DNA of 63,456 nt, counting the filler, from Lenisia limosa (taxonomy: Eukaryota > Protista > Breviatea), in NCBI GenBank assembly GCA_001655205.1. It is 17 parts of 17 records of this genome, joined end to end, with 100 filler letters (N's around TTAATTAATTAA, not from the genome) between each part and the next. Parts side by side here need not be neighbours in the genome. Positions count along the whole stretch, not along the records: positions 59,629 to 62,176 come from LPNZ01000571.1; positions 62,277 to 63,456 come from LPNZ01010811.1; 15 more parts are not named here. One strand, given 5' to 3'. Position numbers and translations under genes: made by a program. Positions 59,750-63,456 of this stretch are shown one piece after another. The notes beneath the pieces were generated by a model. It was not told where the DNA came from and did not search any database. It was given only the letters and a program-made list of their open reading frames with translations. How positions within the stretch are numbered: position 1 is the first letter of the stretch; the number at the start of each line of letters is the position of its first letter.

Positions 59750-62176
59750 TCTACCTTGATGATATTCATTACCTCCGAGCTCCGAGACTGACTCCAACGT
59801 CTGAAGAGTTTCACTTGGAACACATGATGGTCCAACGTCCCTTCCAGGTTTTAGAAGGCCTGGAAATGGAACATGATAGAAACCTACCGCGTACAGCCTT
59901 CCCCAACCAGGTTGACGTTGCGGCAGTTGATTTAACGATCCCCCCCTTGCCTCCCCTGCCTGCTGATACCGACAACTTTTTACTAGATGACCCACTGGCC
60001 TTGCCTGAGTTACCAAATGAATTATCTTTGTTACCACTACCGAATTTTGTAACGCTGGATGATTGTGAAGGTATGCGTTTTTTCACTTGGGCGTTTGATG
60101 AGTTGGAATTTGAGCTGCTAAAACCAAAGAAATGTTAGATTATCTCTGTAGCAGTAATTAATGTTTATCATATCTAAGTATCGGGTATTTAACAGTGTTA
60201 TTTGTATGATTGTAACCTTCCAGAACGGCACCCACATGTCCCTTCGTCAGCTTCGCCGTCACCACCGCCATTTCGAAACGGTTCGAGCGACATGCTTTTT
60301 GCTGTTCATTTCCTTTCTTCTGTTTCAGACCACTCTGAATTATTTTTTAAAAAAACATCATCTATCCTTTTAGAATTTTGTTGATGGTGAAGTATTTGCC
60401 TTTCATTGTCTTCAGATTTTTTGCCTCTACGTCTTCCAACTTCTTTGGAACCATCCCCCCCGCCACCCCCTGTGACCGGACCTAATGCGGCTCTTCTTGC
60501 AAAAGTGGGTAAGTGCTCTTCTTGCTAAAGTAGGAGTAAGTCTAATTTATTGTCTCTCCTCTTATTTTGCCGTTTTCGAGGGTGTTGCAACTGCGCCCTC
60601 CTAAATCATATTATATTAAGTTGTTATCCCTCACCCTATTCAGCCCCTTGAATTTGTCCCATTAGTCCCCCTCAGAAGGCCTGGCGATGACAACCTGGCG
60701 TTTCTTTCGGACTCAGGTTGGTTTATTATTGTGTCCAAACATCTGATTCTCTCTATTATCATGATTTTGCTGTCATGAATCATTTGTCTAGATGAGGAGG
60801 TTGTGGAAATGGCTAGACAAACAATCCCCTCTCAGCCTGATGTTATCCTTTTGGGTGGGTCGCCTGTATTTTTAACAATTGGAATCACTGACGTATCATA
60901 CCACCCGAAGATGTGTTTCCAACTTTTTATTCATTGAATGAGTTATTTTAACTTTTCATATGCATAATGATATTTAGACTCAGACTCTGACTGCAGTGAG
61001 CCTCGGTCCCCAATTCGGCGACCTATGGAGAGGCCAATGCGGCAACGTGGGGGTTGGGTAATAATGTAGAAAGGGTGATATTAAAAGCCTCATTGAAAGT
61101 GCCATCTTAAATTCATGGATTCCTTATCGTTTCTAAATGTCAAATAGAAGAGATTTTTAAGGGTTTTTTTTTACTTTTTAGGCAATCCTGTGATAGATCT
61201 CAGTGATGAAGAAGAGGTAAGTTGGGAGTTTTTTTAATAAAATATTTTTGGGAGTTAATTAACAACGCGGTGAAGGTTTTGTTGTTTGTGACATGTATAG
61301 CCCCCACCGCAACAAGAAGTAATAGATTTGGACAGTCTTGCTGATATACCTTCCCGCAACCCACCGCGTAAGCATAGAGAATTCTCCACTTTTTGGGGGG
61401 TTGTGGTTCAGTATATGTTTCGGCCGAGAAAATAATCTCGACTCAACATGATAACAATTCGGTCACCACGTAGCACTGATTCCATTCGTCCGACATGACC
61501 AAGTACGAAGGCGAGGCCTTGGCTTAGCGGCAATGCGGCGTGAATGTGAGTGGTATTGGAACGATAAACATTGTTTTAGCTTGATTTATTCTTTTAGTGG
61601 CACAAAGAGGAATGTCTGTTGGACTTCTTCAACAAATGTAAGGCAAAAAACAATTGGTCTTGATCTCACTCTGTAGGGTGCTACGAGGAGGTGATATTGG
61701 TCAAAGAGGAGGACCAAGACAGGTTCTTCAAAATGTTGGGGGGTTTACATTTGAAGAACTACATTTACATAATATCAAATGTATGAAATGTGTCTACGGA
61801 AGTTATTTTTGTGAAAAAAGAAAACTCACTCTCTAGCCGGCCGCAAACGCACCAAATGTGAGATACGACACAGATTTTCCCTGGCCCATGGCGGTTGAGA
61901 AGGTATTGTGATATAGCCAGTTGATCATATCATAATATGAGTTTTATGTGTAGTAAGACTGGAGAAATGAATATTGCCATGTTCCAATCACCTTTTTAGA
62001 GTTTCAGTGATAAACTGACTGCTGCTGGTACCCGGAATATCTTTGGTCTAATGCCTACGTTTAAGTTGAAAGTGAGACTGGAGAATTGACCCAACCGTTT
62101 TGTTTTTGTTGACCTTTCTTAGACAGCTTTACCATCGACAGTGGAAACATGTTCTATATGTATGGACTCCGTCAAA
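59750..62176 (+). CDS. Hypothetical multi-exon protein
   Basis: Large Pro/Leu/Asp-rich exon (~59750-60070) plus small GT-AG exons (..PAANAPNVRYDTDFPWPMAVEK, SFSDKLTAAGTRNIF). No family recognised. Confidence 0.45.
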
Positions 62177-62390
62177 NNNNNNNNNNNNNNNNNNNNNNNN
62201 NNNNNNNNNNNNNNNNNNNNTTAATTAATTAANNNNNNNNNNNNNNNNNNNNNNNNNNNNNNNNNNNNNNNNNNNNTGTTGTTATCAGCCCTTGTGTGCT
62301 GGCAGCCAACAGAGTTGATTTTGGCCTTTTTTTGTTTTCCATTTTTAATTGGAACTTTTTTGTTTCATAAATTCCAATTTACCTCCTTAG

Positions 62391-63387
62391 GCCACCCAAC
62401 TCTCAGCCCACCTCCCCACCTCCAAATCCAGCATCTCCGACCTGAGCGAATCGACCGAGCTGTACCAATTCCTGAGCCGTGCCCAGCAGTTTATGCACAA
62501 CGTTGTAACGTCCGCTGATTGTTCGAGTCAAGCTGTGGAGGTTTGAGGCATTGAAAAAGTTAAAATGTGACAGCCTCGAATGTTTCTAGCAAGCAGAGTT
62601 AGCTTTTGCTCCTTTGTTGGTTTCATAAATTTTCCAATTTTACCCCCCCCCCCCTTCCCAGNNNNNNNNNNNNNNNNNNNNNNNNNNNNNNNNNNNNNNN
62701 NNNNNNNNNNNNNNNNNNNNNNNNNNNNNNNNNNNNNNNNNNNNNNNNNNNNNNNNNNNNCGTTCGCGACTTTGCATTCCGCCTCTACAAGACCCTTGCC
62801 GATGTAGGGGGGGGGGTGCACACAGTCAGTGTCCGTGATAAGTCCTGACACGGATTTAGAACTTTATCTTGAGTGAATCATGTCAGGACTTATTGCGGTC
62901 AGTGACATATGTATATGGTTATTAGTATATTATACACGGTGTACAGTGACCTGGATAAGTCTTAACCGATTTTCTTTGAGAAATCACATAGCGAATTGGT
63001 CAAGACCTATCCTGGTCACTGTACCTAGGGGGTGTGTTAAACATGACGGTTGGGATGCCTCACTTCTCTCACACGTCCTCGAGACAATCCGAGTTAACTA
63101 ACGTGATAATCTTCTTTCACGCTGGAGTGATGGGATGCGGTGCTGCAGAAGCGACTGGCGTTTGTTTTGTTGTTATCGACCCTCGTGTGCGGTCAGCCAA
63201 CAGAGTTGCTTTTGGGCTAAAATTTCCAATTTCGTTCACCCCCCCCCCCCAGAGCTGGCCAACAGTGCGCGAAGCAAGTACGCAATTTGCCGTTGGCCTG
63301 TCGCCCCAGATGTTTATCAACACCAGTCTTGCAAGAGCTCTTTTCCGTGGTGCAGTGGATGCCCAGGCCTATATTGCCAGGCTTGTT
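62391..63387 (+). CDS. Hypothetical protein (partial)
   Basis: Exons ATQLSAHLPTSKSSISDLSESTELYQFLSRAQQFMHN, GCVKHDGWDASLLSHVLETIR (63029-63092) and SWPTVREASTQFAVGLSPQMFINTSLARALFRGAVDAQAYIARLVD (63253-). Confidence 0.6.
63119..63252 (+). mobile_element. Family D element, full length, ending at an acceptor
   Basis: ACGCTGGAGTGATGGGATGCGGTGCTGCAGAAGCGACTGG..TTTCCAATTTCGTTCA-Cn-AG|AGCTGG; fills 134 of the 160 nt of intron 63093-63252. Other copies at ~1247-1280, 14956-15050, 34616-34645(-), 37294-37340, 53050-53185, 55999-56201, 56933-57054, 57205-57247, 62277-62390 and 62585-62661. Confidence 0.88.
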
Positions 63388-63456
63388 GATGTTGGAGGGG
63401 GGGGGGTAAATGTTGATTTTAAAAGCAAGATACATTTTTTTTTTGTCTCATTGCTA

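Noticed and set aside
3601-62232. Recurring TTAATTAATTAA motif and gene neighbourhoods across it
   Set aside because: Always centred in exactly 44+44 Ns and encodes stops in six frames, so it is a concatenation linker. No synteny or operon inference is valid across it.
63119-63252. Family D as an intronic C/D box snoRNA (GTGATGG resembles box C)
   Set aside because: Box C is mismatched, there is no terminal CTGA box D or terminal stem, and copies are decayed and dispersed in unrelated genes.
1-63456. Alternative genetic code or non-canonical introns
   Set aside because: Conserved genes (CK1, SmE, CFAP58, cathepsin, kleisin) translate without internal stops using GT-AG introns, and TAA and TAG serve as terminators.

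Overview
Eukaryotic (protist-type) genomic DNA. The window is 17 short scaffolds joined by an artificial 100-bp spacer (44N-TTAATTAATTAA-44N, 16 copies), so adjacency across spacers carries no meaning. Genes are intron-rich (GT-AG, standard code). Recognisable by hand translation: papain-family cathepsin, CxxC/furin-like repeat protein, SNF2 helicase fragment, CARMIL-like CPI-motif protein, bacterial-adhesin-like Ig/cadherin ORF, Rad21/Rec8 kleisin, CFAP58, CWC21, SmE, Ima1/TMEM201-like, cold-shock-domain protein, casein kinase I, NRDE2, a divergent Rpt2, and a DNAH1-like dynein N-terminus. CFAP58 and the dynein imply a flagellated organism. Introns are densely filled by four short interspersed families. 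A is a ~100-bp TA-flanked GGG..CCC TIR MITE, B an ~80-bp TA-flanked CAGTG..CACTG MITE, C a ~155-bp TIR-less structured element, and D a ~135-bp TIR-less element. The top finding is that family D ends exactly at the 3' splice site (TTTTCCAATTTTAC-Cn-AG|exon) in at least 8 introns of unrelated genes, in sense orientation. This points to an introner-like or splice-acceptor-donating mobile element, in a genome whose donors are often GT followed by a G-run. All homology calls come from motif recognition, not database searches, and gene ends are approximate where stated.
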